Below are positions 27,347 through 36,207 of a stretch of 64,000 bases of DNA, piece after piece (positions within the stretch are counted from its first letter, which is position 1; every line of letters begins with the position of its first letter). Below the pieces are notes generated by a model. It did not search any database, was not told the origin of the DNA, and saw only the letters and a program-made list of their open reading frames with translations. Location: positions 4,984-68,983 of the forward strand of contig CBDUSI010000005.1 in NCBI GenBank assembly GCA_965370045.1, in the 5' to 3' direction. The stretch is from an uncultured bacterium. GTDB taxonomy: Bacteria; Planctomycetota; SZUA-567; JAKLDR01. Position numbers and translations under genes: made by a program.

Positions 27347-28849
27347 GTGACATACTACAGGCCGATCCTATTGATGTTGCCGGCCCTGCTGCTGACCGGC
27401 TGCTCCCCGCAACCGCGGGGAAAGAGCGCTGCTGTTTCACTGGCTGGGCTGAACAAGCCCTCCGTGACCACAGCGAAGGGGCTGCAGATGACGGTGCGAA
27501 TGACGAAGGCCGAGTTGCTCGTGGGCGAAAAGCTGGAGGTGATCGCGACGTTCACAAACACTTCCGAAAAGGCATTCGCGCTCTTCGATTTGGACTTCAA
27601 CATCCCGTATTGCCTCAGCTTCACGGACGTGGACTCGGGGCGCACATGGAAGCCAAGCTGCATGCTGCTGTACGACCGTATAGGCGGGGTGTCGGCAGCC
27701 TTGAGGCCGGGCGGGTCCTACAGCGCGAAAGGCGCCGTGAAGCTGGGCGATGGTTGGAGTTTCGGCGCGCACGACTTCCTGCCACCCGGCAACTACGAGG
27801 CGAGGCTGGCGATGCGACTCGAAGCCCCGGGTAACGCGCGCCACATCGGCGGCCTGCGTGCCGTCATCGGCGGACAAGGTGCCGTCACCGAGTTCTGGAG
27901 CGGTGTGATCAGCTCCAAGCCGATCCGCTTCGCCGTCAGGTCCAACAGGAATGGAACCGGCGACCCAGTCAATCAGCGTATGGTCAAGACCTTCCGCAAG
28001 CGCATCACGGAGCTTGGCGAGAAACGCTTGGCCTCGAAACGCGGAGACTTCGAAGCGTATCGAATGTTCCACTTTCTTGAGGGGAGAAGCGACCTCTACA
28101 GCCTGTTCCAAATCGAAAAACAGGGCGAGCGATACCGCCTCGTCATCCGGCCATGGACGGGCAAGGGCGTCACCCACTCTTTTGACATCACACGGAGGGA
28201 ATGGAACGAGTTCAAGAAGAGGCTGGGCTACGCCTGCTTCTGGGACGTTCCCGCCGCCGATCACCGCCGTGGTCGGGGCGGGTCCCATATGTGGATGGAG
28301 GGCTTCGCCGGCGGCGAGCGTCATCTGGTGTACAGGTGGTCCGGAGGGTCTGTGGCCTATTGGGCCTGCGCCCGTTACCTGGGACGCTTGGTCGGCAGGA
28401 CGCTGGAGCAAGCCCGGGTTCCTCTCAAGTTGACGATCAAGTCCGAGCGCGCGGAATACGCCTCCTGGAAGGACGTCGTAATCTACGCGCGATTGCACAA
28501 CAAGGGTAAGAAAGCCGTGACCATGTACACCGGAAATGCGCAGGGGCGCTTCGGCCCGCAGTATGTGTCCTTCCGCCTGTCCCTTTGGAACAGCAGATCG
28601 ACTCACGCCCTAGGCCACGTCAGAGCGGGCTTCATGGTCAGCGGATGGCTCAAGTCGCACCCGATGTACGTGACGATTCCTGCCGGGGGTACGTCCGACC
28701 CCATCCCCCTGAAACTGGCGCATTCGACTGTGGCAACAGGCGCACAGAAGCTGGCACTCAAGCACTATGCATGCTACGCCACCTTCCAGGACTCAAGAAC
28801 ACAAGGGCCGCTTCATCGGAGCAATACAGTCCGCTTTCGCATCAAGTGA
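27347..28849 (+). CDS. Lipoprotein of unknown function (two similar beta-sandwich-like end domains)
   Basis: GTG start. Lipobox LLMLPALLLTGC. The N-terminal (LQMTVRMTKAELLVGEKLEVIATFTNTSEKAFALF) and C-terminal (LKLTIKSERAEYASWKDVVIYARLHNKGKKAVTMY) segments share a pattern. Codon usage is less GC-biased than the neighbours. Confidence 0.6.
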   Translation: MTYYRPILLMLPALLLTGCSPQPRGKSAAVSLAGLNKPSVTTAKGLQMTVRMTKAELLVGEKLEVIATFTNTSEKAFALFDLDFNIPYCLSFTDVDSGRTWKPSCMLLYDRIGGVSAALRPGGSYSAKGAVKLGDGWSFGAHDFLPPGNYEARLAMRLEAPGNARHIGGLRAVIGGQGAVTEFWSGVISSKPIRFAVRSNRNGTGDPVNQRMVKTFRKRITELGEKRLASKRGDFEAYRMFHFLEGRSDLYSLFQIEKQGERYRLVIRPWTGKGVTHSFDITRREWNEFKKRLGYACFWDVPAADHRRGRGGSHMWMEGFAGGERHLVYRWSGGSVAYWACARYLGRLVGRTLEQARVPLKLTIKSERAEYASWKDVVIYARLHNKGKKAVTMYTGNAQGRFGPQYVSFRLSLWNSRSTHALGHVRAGFMVSGWLKSHPMYVTIPAGGTSDPIPLKLAHSTVATGAQKLALKHYACYATFQDSRTQGPLHRSNTVRFRIK

Positions 28850-28889
28850 CCGCGCTGTATCCGCACGTGATGAGAGAATTGGACGCGGG

Positions 28890-29558
28890 CTAACTCCGGG
28901 CCCCGTCGATAAAGGCCTTCACCTTCGCGGGGTCTTTGACTCCCGGGAAGCTTTCCAGGCTGCTGGCCGCGTCGACCAGCCAGAGGTGCGGCCCGGCGGC
29001 GCGGACAATCTTCTTCACGTTTCGCGGTGATAGATTGCCGGCTACGCCCACTCGGGGATGCTCGCCGAACGCGGCCCTCGCGCCCCTGAAAGACGCGCTC
29101 CGGGCGGTGCCCCGCCACGAGCCGCGAACTTTAGGTTCAAGCAAAAAGGCCCAGGCCTCCGGATAGCGCTTCATGGCCGCGGCAGCGGGCTTTCCCAGCT
29201 TCTTGACGACCTTCATGACCTTGAAGCCGCCGGCAGCCACCTGGCCGACGTACTCGGGGCTTTCCTTGCCGTGGAGCTGCACCAGGTCGAACTCGGCTTG
29301 GCGACAGGTCTTGAGCAGCCAGCCCAGCGGCGCGTCCTTGAACACGCCGGTCATCAGCGCCCGCTTCCCGCGATAACCCTCGCGGAGCGCGGCCACCAGT
29401 TCGGCGGCCAGGTGCGCGGTCACCCTCCGGGGGCTCTTGGCCAGGATGAAGCCCAAGAGGTCCGCGCCGGAGGATAGCGCGAAGCGCCCGTCCTCTTCCG
29501 AGGTGACCCCACAGACTTTGACCAGCGGCCGGCTTGCCAGCGCCCTATTCCTCACCAA
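28890..29558 (-). CDS. trpF: Phosphoribosylanthranilate isomerase
   Basis: VKVCGVTSEEDGRFALSSGADLLGFILAKSPRRV matches the PRAI N-terminal signature (K.CG.T, GAD..GFI....SPR). About 220 aa. The start (TTG/GTG) overlaps the apt 3' end. Confidence 0.8.
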   Translation of the reverse strand: MVRNRALASRPLVKVCGVTSEEDGRFALSSGADLLGFILAKSPRRVTAHLAAELVAALREGYRGKRALMTGVFKDAPLGWLLKTCRQAEFDLVQLHGKESPEYVGQVAAGGFKVMKVVKKLGKPAAAAMKRYPEAWAFLLEPKVRGSWRGTARSASFRGARAAFGEHPRVGVAGNLSPRNVKKIVRAAGPHLWLVDAASSLESFPGVKDPAKVKAFIDGARS

Positions 29559-30072
29559 TTACGATAAGCGATTCAATCTTCCGTCCCGCCAGCCGCTCGC
29601 GGGGCTTAAGAAAAGCCAGCTCGATCAGGAAGCACAGGCCTACTACTTCACCCCCGGCCTCCTCGACCAGCTTGGCGGAAGCCTCCATGGTCCCGCCGGT
29701 GGCGATCAGGTCGTCGACCAGCAGGACTTTCTGCCCGGGCGACACCGCGTCGGCGTGCATCTGGACGGTGTCAGTACCGTATTCCAGCTCGTAGGTGGTC
29801 TCCAGAGTTTCGCAGGGCAGCTTGCCGGGCTTGCGCACGGGGATGAAACCGGCGCCCAGCTCCATGGCCACCGCCGGGCCGAAGATGAACCCGCGGGCCT
29901 CCGCCGAGGCCACCAGATCGACCTCCGCGTCCTTGAACCTGGCGGCCATCTGCCTCACGGACTCGGCCAGCGCACCGGGATCGGCCAGGAGCGGAGTGAT
30001 GTCCTTGAAGACGATCCCCTTCTTGGGGAAGTCGGGCACGTCGCGAATGAACCTGGTGAGGTCTTCAGCCAT
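29545..30072 (-). CDS. apt: Adenine phosphoribosyltransferase
   Basis: IRDVPDFPKKGIVFKDITPLLADP and the PRPP motif VLLVDDLIATGGT. 175 aa. Confidence 0.95.
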   Translation of the reverse strand: MAEDLTRFIRDVPDFPKKGIVFKDITPLLADPGALAESVRQMAARFKDAEVDLVASAEARGFIFGPAVAMELGAGFIPVRKPGKLPCETLETTYELEYGTDTVQMHADAVSPGQKVLLVDDLIATGGTMEASAKLVEEAGGEVVGLCFLIELAFLKPRERLAGRKIESLIVIGEE

Positions 30073-30082
30073 GTCTCGCTTC

Positions 30083-30910
30083 CTATTTTTTCCTGGCGGG
30101 CTTCTTCTTCGCGGGCTTCTTCTTCGACTTGGCCGGAGCTTTCCGTTTCGGCTTGGCCTTGGCGCTCTTGGCGGCGGCGGGCTTGGCGGCGCGCGCTTTC
30201 CGGCCCCGGATGAGGGACGCGGGCTTGCGCGTCCCGGGCCCGCGGAACTTCTTGCCGGTTATCAGCGTGAAGAGCTCGCGCAGGCCGTGGGCCTCGATCT
30301 GCCGGACGCGCTCGCGGGTGAGCTTCAGTCGCTTGCCGACCTCGTCCAGGGTGTAGATGCGTCCGTCAAGGCCGTGGCGCATGCGCAGGACGATGGCCTC
30401 GCGGCCGCCGAGGTGGTCTAGCAGGGCGCTGATCTCCGCGCCGGCGAGCACCGCCTGGGCCTCGCCCTCGGCGGCGCTGTCCTCCAGAAGTTCCACGTAG
30501 TTCGGCCCTGCGTTGGTAACCCGCGAGCTGTCCAGCACCAGCAGCGCCTTGCGCACCGCCTTGGCCTGGGCGCTGCGCAGCCGCATGCTCCCGGCGATCT
30601 CCTCGGGGCTGGGCTCGCGGCCCAGTTCGGCGCGCAGCTTGACCTCCGCCCGCCGCCACTTGGAGACCAGGTCCTGGACGTGGCCAGGGATGTGTATCTG
30701 CCGCCCCTGGGCGCTGATCGCCCGGCGGACGGCCTGGCGGATCCACCAGGCGGCGTAGGTGCTGAAGCGTACCCCGTGCCGGGGGTTAAAGCGCTCCACG
30801 GCCCGCAGCAGGCCCAGGTTGCCCTCCTCGATGAGGTCCAGCAGCGAGGTACTGCGGTCCATATAGTTCTTGGCGATGGAGACCACCAGGCGCAGGTTGG
30901 CGCGGATCAT
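30083..30910 (-). CDS. Sigma-70 family RNA polymerase sigma factor with a lysine-rich C-terminal tail (5' end unresolved, see findings)
   Basis: Region 2: [57 protein letters not shown]. Region 4: [46 protein letters not shown] 57-aa K/A/P tail follows. In-frame codons upstream of the ATG (to 31087) still encode region 1.2-like [16 protein letters not shown]. Confidence 0.85.
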   Translation of the reverse strand: MIRANLRLVVSIAKNYMDRSTSLLDLIEEGNLGLLRAVERFNPRHGVRFSTYAAWWIRQAVRRAISAQGRQIHIPGHVQDLVSKWRRAEVKLRAELGREPSPEEIAGSMRLRSAQAKAVRKALLVLDSSRVTNAGPNYVELLEDSAAEGEAQAVLAGAEISALLDHLGGREAIVLRMRHGLDGRIYTLDEVGKRLKLTRERVRQIEAHGLRELFTLITGKKFRGPGTRKPASLIRGRKARAAKPAAAKSAKAKPKRKAPAKSKKKPAKKKPARKK

Positions 30911-31142
30911 TTGCTCGCGGGCGCCGAGATCCCCGCGGCGGATTCGCCGGGCCAGCGCGCACTCCTGCTCTGCGGTGAGCAGCGCACTGCGGCCTATCTC
31001 CCGCAGGTAAGTCTGTAGGTTCCTGTCGACAGCGATGGCTGCGCCCCCGAGGTCTAAGAGGTAAACCCCACTCCATTGTCGGCGGCGCTAGTTTAGCCCC
31101 AGGAAAGACGCGGTCAAGCGCAAGGGTTTTCCGCCAGAATTC

Positions 31143-31170
31143 TTGACAGTCCCCCGCCGGGCGGTATGCT
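31143..31170 (+). promoter_or_regulatory. Sigma-70-like promoter for the 31247 gene
   Basis: TTGACA (31143-31148), a 16-nt spacer, then TATGCT (31165-31170). Confidence 0.4.
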
Positions 31171-31246
31171 GGGCTTTAGCAGGCCGTCACGGCGCTCCAT
31201 TCTTCAACGGCCTGCCAGGAGGCCCGGCTGACCGCCGGGAACTGCC

Positions 31247-31954
31247 ATGGGCTGGATCGGGGACACTTTCAAGGCCCTGCTGGGCTTTGACGACGAGGAG
31301 CGCGCCTTTCGGGACACGCTGGCCAGTGCCGAGCGGCACGTGCAGTGGGGCGCCACCGAGCCCGACGAACGCGACCTGGAAGTCGCCCTCAAGCTGCTGT
31401 CCGAGTGCCCCGCCGAGAACGCCCCCAATGCGCACTACGTCTACCGCCGCGAGCGCGCCGAGGCCGAGGCCCACACCTGCATGGCCCGACTGGTCGCCGC
31501 CGGCCTGCGGATCCACACCCGGAAGATGGAGGAACACTTCGAGTCCGTCGACGAAAGCCGCCGCGCGCTCCTGACCCAGACCGAGTTATTGCGGGTCAAG
31601 GTCGCGGAGTTGGAGACCGAAGGCAGCTTGATCTCCGCCCGGGAGGAGCGCCGCCGGCTGGAAGAGATGGAGCGCGAGTCCCGCGACCTCCCTGAACTGG
31701 GCACCGAGAGGCAGGCCCGGCGAGCCGGGGTCTTCTCATCCTGCGCGCCCCGGTTCGCGAAGCATCGCGACGGCGCCGCCGGGAGCCTGGCCGCCCTGCG
31801 GGCGCTCCAGGGACTGACCGCCGAGGACCGCGAACTCTGCGACAAAATAGTGGCGCATATAGAGAAGAGCCTGAACGAAAGCGAAAAACAGTGGAAGACA
31901 CTGGCCGCCGACTTCGAGAAGGACGCGAAGAACGCAGCGAAGCCCGCGGGGTAA
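31247..31954 (+). CDS. Hypothetical coiled-coil protein
   Basis: Charged and helical (LLRVKVAELETEGSLISAREERRRLEEMERESRDL). No signal peptide and no recognised domain. Weak RBS. Confidence 0.45.
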   Translation: MGWIGDTFKALLGFDDEERAFRDTLASAERHVQWGATEPDERDLEVALKLLSECPAENAPNAHYVYRRERAEAEAHTCMARLVAAGLRIHTRKMEEHFESVDESRRALLTQTELLRVKVAELETEGSLISAREERRRLEEMERESRDLPELGTERQARRAGVFSSCAPRFAKHRDGAAGSLAALRALQGLTAEDRELCDKIVAHIEKSLNESEKQWKTLAADFEKDAKNAAKPAG

Positions 31955-31988
31955 CCCGGTCTGCTAGCAGTCCCCTTCCAACGGCCTG

Positions 31989-32879
31989 CTATCGCCGTCC
32001 GCTCCTGAACCTGCCGATGCGCATTACCCGGGCGATGTTGGCGCCGGCGGATTTCCTGGGCACGATGCCCCCGGCCGCGCTGGTCAACACCGTGGTCAGC
32101 CCCGGCCCGTGGCCGGCGCCCACGCAGTCCCCGTGGATAACCACGCCCACCGAGACCGCCCCTTTGCGAAAGATCCGCCCGTAGCTGTGGTCGGCGTCGA
32201 TGACCGCCACCAGGTCGCCGAGGCGCAGCTTCTCCAGGCCCCACTTCTTCACCGAGGCGGGGTCCGCGCACTGGATGTCGTAGTCGCCGGTCTGGCAGGA
32301 GGACGCCCCCAGTCCCGAACCCATCAGCTCCGCGGGTATGGAGAGGGCCACCGGGACCACCAGCTTCTTGGCCTTGCGGGTGACGCCCAGCCTGTCGAGC
32401 AGCCCCGGGTCGACGTTCATGACCTTCACGTCGGGAAAGTCGGCCAGCTCCAGGCCCAGGCCGAAGGCCTCTATCTGCACGCTGTCGCCGGCGGCCAGCC
32501 TGCGCAGGTCGCGCCCGGCGAAGTCGGCCACGACGTGCTCGATGCCCCCGTGCTTGCCGGTGACGACCCCGCGCGCGCCCTTGGCCGCGCCGGAGAACAC
32601 CCGCACGCTGTTGCCGATCTGGGCCAGGACGTTGAGCGCGACCACCTGGCCGCCGTCCTTGCGCGGCAGGCCCAGGGAGGCGCCGGGCTCGATGTGGTCG
32701 GCGGCCCAGCCCAGCGCCGGGTCGCCCGCGAGCACGTTGTAAACCACCCCGCCCACCGAGGGCAGCACCTTGGCCTCGCCCGTGGGGCTCACCCGGTAGT
32801 TGGCGCGCATGGTCGGCGGGTCCACCTTGGCGGAGACGCCCATGCGGACCAGCCTCTTGACGTTGGTGCGGAGCTTCAT
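31989..32879 (-). CDS. DUF4438 family protein
   Basis: MKLRTNVKRLV..., LPSVGGVVYNVLAGDPALGWAADHIEPGASL, VTGKHGGIEHVVADF and the length of about 296 aa match my recollection of DUF4438. Start at Met39 of the track ORF. Confidence 0.5.
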   Translation of the reverse strand: MKLRTNVKRLVRMGVSAKVDPPTMRANYRVSPTGEAKVLPSVGGVVYNVLAGDPALGWAADHIEPGASLGLPRKDGGQVVALNVLAQIGNSVRVFSGAAKGARGVVTGKHGGIEHVVADFAGRDLRRLAAGDSVQIEAFGLGLELADFPDVKVMNVDPGLLDRLGVTRKAKKLVVPVALSIPAELMGSGLGASSCQTGDYDIQCADPASVKKWGLEKLRLGDLVAVIDADHSYGRIFRKGAVSVGVVIHGDCVGAGHGPGLTTVLTSAAGGIVPRKSAGANIARVMRIGRFRSGRR

Positions 32880-33019
32880 GTCGGACCTCGCTTTCCAGTC
32901 TGCTGACGCTCTGAATCTACATCGCCCGGCGGGGCGCGTCAAGTTGCAGAGGACCGGCGGGACGGCATTTGCTAATGGCCGGTGGCCCGGCATACTGTGG
33001 GCCGGAGGGAGAATCGCCC

Positions 33020-34270
33020 ATGCCAGAGCAGCCCGGCACGGCCAGCGAGGTCGGCGTCCTGCGCGAGCTTGCCAGGCGCTACGCGGAAATATGCAGCGAC
33101 CCCGACCAGCAGCGCCGCCGCAACGACTGGCGCCGGCACAACAGCCTGAAGCGCGTCGACCGCCCCCTGATCTACGTGCGGGCCTTCGCCTGGCGGGAGA
33201 TGTCCGCCTCCGAGTTGAAATGCGAGAGTCCGCTCTTCAGCCGCGTCGAGAACTTCCTGCGCGAGAGCCTGTTCCGCAGCGCGTTCGATGACGACTTCAT
33301 CTTCGAGCCGTGGGTCACGGTGGCCGCGAAGCTCGAGCTGCCCGGCGAGGGAATCTGGGGCCCGGAGATCAAATGGACCGCCAACCCCCAGGAGGGCGGC
33401 GCGGGCGTGCACGAGGCGCCCATCAAGACGCTCGAAGACCTCGAAAGGCTGACCCCCGCGCATCACCAGGTGGACGAGATCGAAACCGCCCGGCGCTTCG
33501 AGGAGGTATCCGCGGCCATCGGGGAGATCATCACCGTCTGTCTCGACCGCGGCCCGCTCTACCGCTGCCCGACCGCCGGCATATCCGGAAGCATAGCCCA
33601 GCTCCGCGGCCTCGAACAGGTCATGTGGGACATGTACGACAATCCCGAGTGGCTCCACCGGATGCTGTCAACCATGCGCGACGGCATCCTCCGCAACCAG
33701 GCCGAGGCCGAGGAGGCCGGCGACTGGCGGCGGTGCAATCACGAAAACCAGGCCATGTCCTACGCCGAGGAGTTGCCCGACCCGGCGGCGGACGGCGAGC
33801 CCGTAAGCCGCAAGCAGCTCTGGGGCCGGATGGCCTCGCAGGAGCTGACCCTGGTGGGGCCGGAACAGTTCGACGAATTCATGCTGCGCTATCAGGAACC
33901 TATCATGGAGAAGTTCGGCCTGGTGACCTGGGGATGCTGCGAGCAGATGGTCAACCGCATCCCGCTGCTGAAGCGTGTGCCCAACATAAGGCGCATCGCG
34001 GTCACCCCGGTCTCCGACGCGGTCAAGTGCGCGGAGCTCATCGGAGACACCCACGTGGCCAGCTACCGGCCCAGCCCCGCGGACATGGTCAGCTACGGTT
34101 GGGACGAGTCCCGCGTCCGAGGCGACCTCACGCGCGACCTGGAAGCCTTCAAGGCCAACGGCTGCTTCGTGGACATCACCCTCAAGGACGTCGAAACCGT
34201 CGAGGGCGATCCCCACCGGGTGGGCAAGTGGGTGCGGCTCGCACGGGAGGTCTGCGCGGAGGTCTTCTGA
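33020..34270 (+). CDS. Uroporphyrinogen-decarboxylase (URO-D)-like superfamily protein, function unknown
   Basis: Start at ATG 33020 (GGAGGGA upstream). The C-terminal half (FGLVTWGCCEQMVNRIPLLKRVPNIRRIAVTPVSD...FVDITLKDVETVEGDPHRVGKWVRLAREV) resembles URO-D/MtaA-like TIM barrels. Confidence 0.4.
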   Translation: MPEQPGTASEVGVLRELARRYAEICSDPDQQRRRNDWRRHNSLKRVDRPLIYVRAFAWREMSASELKCESPLFSRVENFLRESLFRSAFDDDFIFEPWVTVAAKLELPGEGIWGPEIKWTANPQEGGAGVHEAPIKTLEDLERLTPAHHQVDEIETARRFEEVSAAIGEIITVCLDRGPLYRCPTAGISGSIAQLRGLEQVMWDMYDNPEWLHRMLSTMRDGILRNQAEAEEAGDWRRCNHENQAMSYAEELPDPAADGEPVSRKQLWGRMASQELTLVGPEQFDEFMLRYQEPIMEKFGLVTWGCCEQMVNRIPLLKRVPNIRRIAVTPVSDAVKCAELIGDTHVASYRPSPADMVSYGWDESRVRGDLTRDLEAFKANGCFVDITLKDVETVEGDPHRVGKWVRLAREVCAEVF

Positions 34271-34285
34271 AAGCGGGGCGCCTGG

Positions 34286-34891
34286 CTACTCTTCCTTCTC
34301 ACCGGCGCCGAAGTAGTCCTCGTAGGATATCTTTCCGAGGCTCTCCGGGTCGATCTCGGTGCCCATTACCGCTTCGACGGTGAGGTCTGGTTCGGGCTCC
34401 GGCTGCGGCGGCGGCTCAGCCTTGGGCGGGGCCGGCGGTTTCGACTTGGGTCGGGGCTTGGCCCCGGGCTTGGCCCCCGCGAAGGCCCCCGCGAAGGCGG
34501 CGGTCTTTGACCTGGCCGCGGCGATCTTCTTGGGCTCCTCCACGCGCCGGGCCACCGGCAGCCCCTGCGGCCGGGACTTCGACGGCTTGCCCATACGCAG
34601 CCCCAGCGCCTTGCGCAGCATCTCGGGATCGATCTTGCCATCGGCGGCGCCGTCCATCCTGTCGAGGTTGAGCAGCCGCTCCACGAACTCGCTCTCGGTA
34701 ATGAGGCCCTTCTCGATCAGCAGCCTGACCTGCGTGAGCTGGACCAGGGCCAGGAAACCCACGTCTTCCCGGAGCTTGCGCCGCCCCGCGGAGCTCTTTC
34801 CGCTCGTGGTCTTGCGGGTCACCCGCCGGCTGAGCCGGCGCAGGCGCTCCGATTCGTCCGAATCGTTCACGAAGAGGTCAAGGAGGTCCAT
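34286..34891 (-). CDS. Hypothetical protein with a Pro/Lys/Ala-rich C-terminal half
   Basis: ORF with consistent GC3 bias. Low-complexity AKPGAKPRPKSKPPAPPKAEPPPQPEPEPD. No domain recognised. Confidence 0.45.
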   Translation of the reverse strand: MDLLDLFVNDSDESERLRRLSRRVTRKTTSGKSSAGRRKLREDVGFLALVQLTQVRLLIEKGLITESEFVERLLNLDRMDGAADGKIDPEMLRKALGLRMGKPSKSRPQGLPVARRVEEPKKIAAARSKTAAFAGAFAGAKPGAKPRPKSKPPAPPKAEPPPQPEPEPDLTVEAVMGTEIDPESLGKISYEDYFGAGEKEE

Positions 34892-35007
34892 AGCCGGCTC
34901 CTCAAGCCTGGGCGAGGGCCCTACCCTCGCCTCATTGCGCCGTTTAGCCTGCCCCGCGGTCGGGAGTCAGCTAACGACGGAACAGAAACAGAGCCGACCG
35001 CCGACCG

Positions 35008-36207
35008 CTACTTGATCAGCCGGGCCTCGCCCCAGCCGCCGATGTCGCCGAGGTCCGAGCCGTCGGGGCCGAAGTCGACGATCAGCACCAGCACCTTGCC
35101 GCCCTTGACATCCACGTCGATCAGGCGCGGCTTGGCCCCCTTGGTGAGGGGGTTCTGGGTGTTGTCGAAGCGCTGCTTACCATCGACCAGCACCTTGAAG
35201 GCGGTCTTGCCCCCGGAGGCCACCGAGTCGCAGACGCCGGCCCGGGCCTTGAAGCGCTTGAACCTGCCGTCCAGCCGGTAGGTGAGCTTGGTGAAGGCGG
35301 CCACGCCCAGGCCGCGGCGGAACTTCTCCCCGCCGAGCACCAGGGGCTTGCCGAAGACGTCGGCGTCCCGCTTCCACTTCCAGATGAAGGGCAACCCGTC
35401 GATGAACGGCTTGTGCTCGGACTTGGCGGGGGTCAGCTCGGAGAGGAAAATCACCTTGCCGTTCTTGACCCGCAGGGCGCTGAGCCCCGAGAGCGAGAGG
35501 GACAGCTTCATGCCTCCCAGCGTCCGCCACTGGAGCTTCTCGCCCGCCAGCTTGAGCGGCACGCCCAGGACCCGCCCGCCGCCGGCCAGCTCGGCCACGT
35601 AGTAGGTGTCCGCCGGGGCCTTAAAGGGCTTGAGCTCAGCGAACGCCAGCGCCAGGACTTCGTCTAACTTGTATTCCTGCAACGCCAGCACTGAGTTGAA
35701 CTTGAGCCCTCCCTTGGTCAGCCCCTCGAAGCTGCCCTCCAGCTCGTCGCCGACCAGGATGAGCTTGTCCTTGCGGCGCCCGCGCTGGAGCACCTCCCGA
35801 GCGGTCTTCTTGTCCTTTATCCCCGCGGGCGTGAGCAGGCCAACCAGGTCCTTGGTGCTCACCGCGAACTTGCCGGTCCAGGGACCGGAGGCGGTCAGTT
35901 TGCCGCCGGGGGCGAGCTCCACCTTGGCGGGTATCACGTCGCCCGCGACGGTGTAAATGCGCGCGCACCCCGAAGCGTCAGGGGCCTTGGCGTCCTGCAC
36001 CTCCGCGTCCATCAGGTCGGCGAGCTTGAACTCCCGGGCGCCGCCCTCGGTCTGGATGCGCAGCGCCTTGCCGTCCAGGCCGGTCAGCCGCCCCTTCACC
36101 GCGGGCCCCTCCGCGGGCCGGACCACCACCACGGCGGCATGGGCCGCCCCGGCAGCAAGGAACAGCGCCAGCCCCGCGACGGCCAGCGATCCGAGGCCGG
36201 CTCTCAC
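35008..36207 (-). CDS. Secreted protein with four ~55-aa internal repeats and a C-terminal NPCBM (NEW2) carbohydrate-binding-like domain
   Basis: GTG start (36205-36207) overlaps the upstream stop (GTGA). Signal peptide RAGLGSLAVAGLALFLAAGAAHA. The C-terminus GLGVAAFTKLTYRLDGRFKRFKARAGVCDS...FKVLVDGKQRF...LVLIVDFGPDGSDLGDIGGWGEARLI is NPCBM-like. Confidence 0.65.
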   Translation of the reverse strand: MRAGLGSLAVAGLALFLAAGAAHAAVVVVRPAEGPAVKGRLTGLDGKALRIQTEGGAREFKLADLMDAEVQDAKAPDASGCARIYTVAGDVIPAKVELAPGGKLTASGPWTGKFAVSTKDLVGLLTPAGIKDKKTAREVLQRGRRKDKLILVGDELEGSFEGLTKGGLKFNSVLALQEYKLDEVLALAFAELKPFKAPADTYYVAELAGGGRVLGVPLKLAGEKLQWRTLGGMKLSLSLSGLSALRVKNGKVIFLSELTPAKSEHKPFIDGLPFIWKWKRDADVFGKPLVLGGEKFRRGLGVAAFTKLTYRLDGRFKRFKARAGVCDSVASGGKTAFKVLVDGKQRFDNTQNPLTKGAKPRLIDVDVKGGKVLVLIVDFGPDGSDLGDIGGWGEARLIK

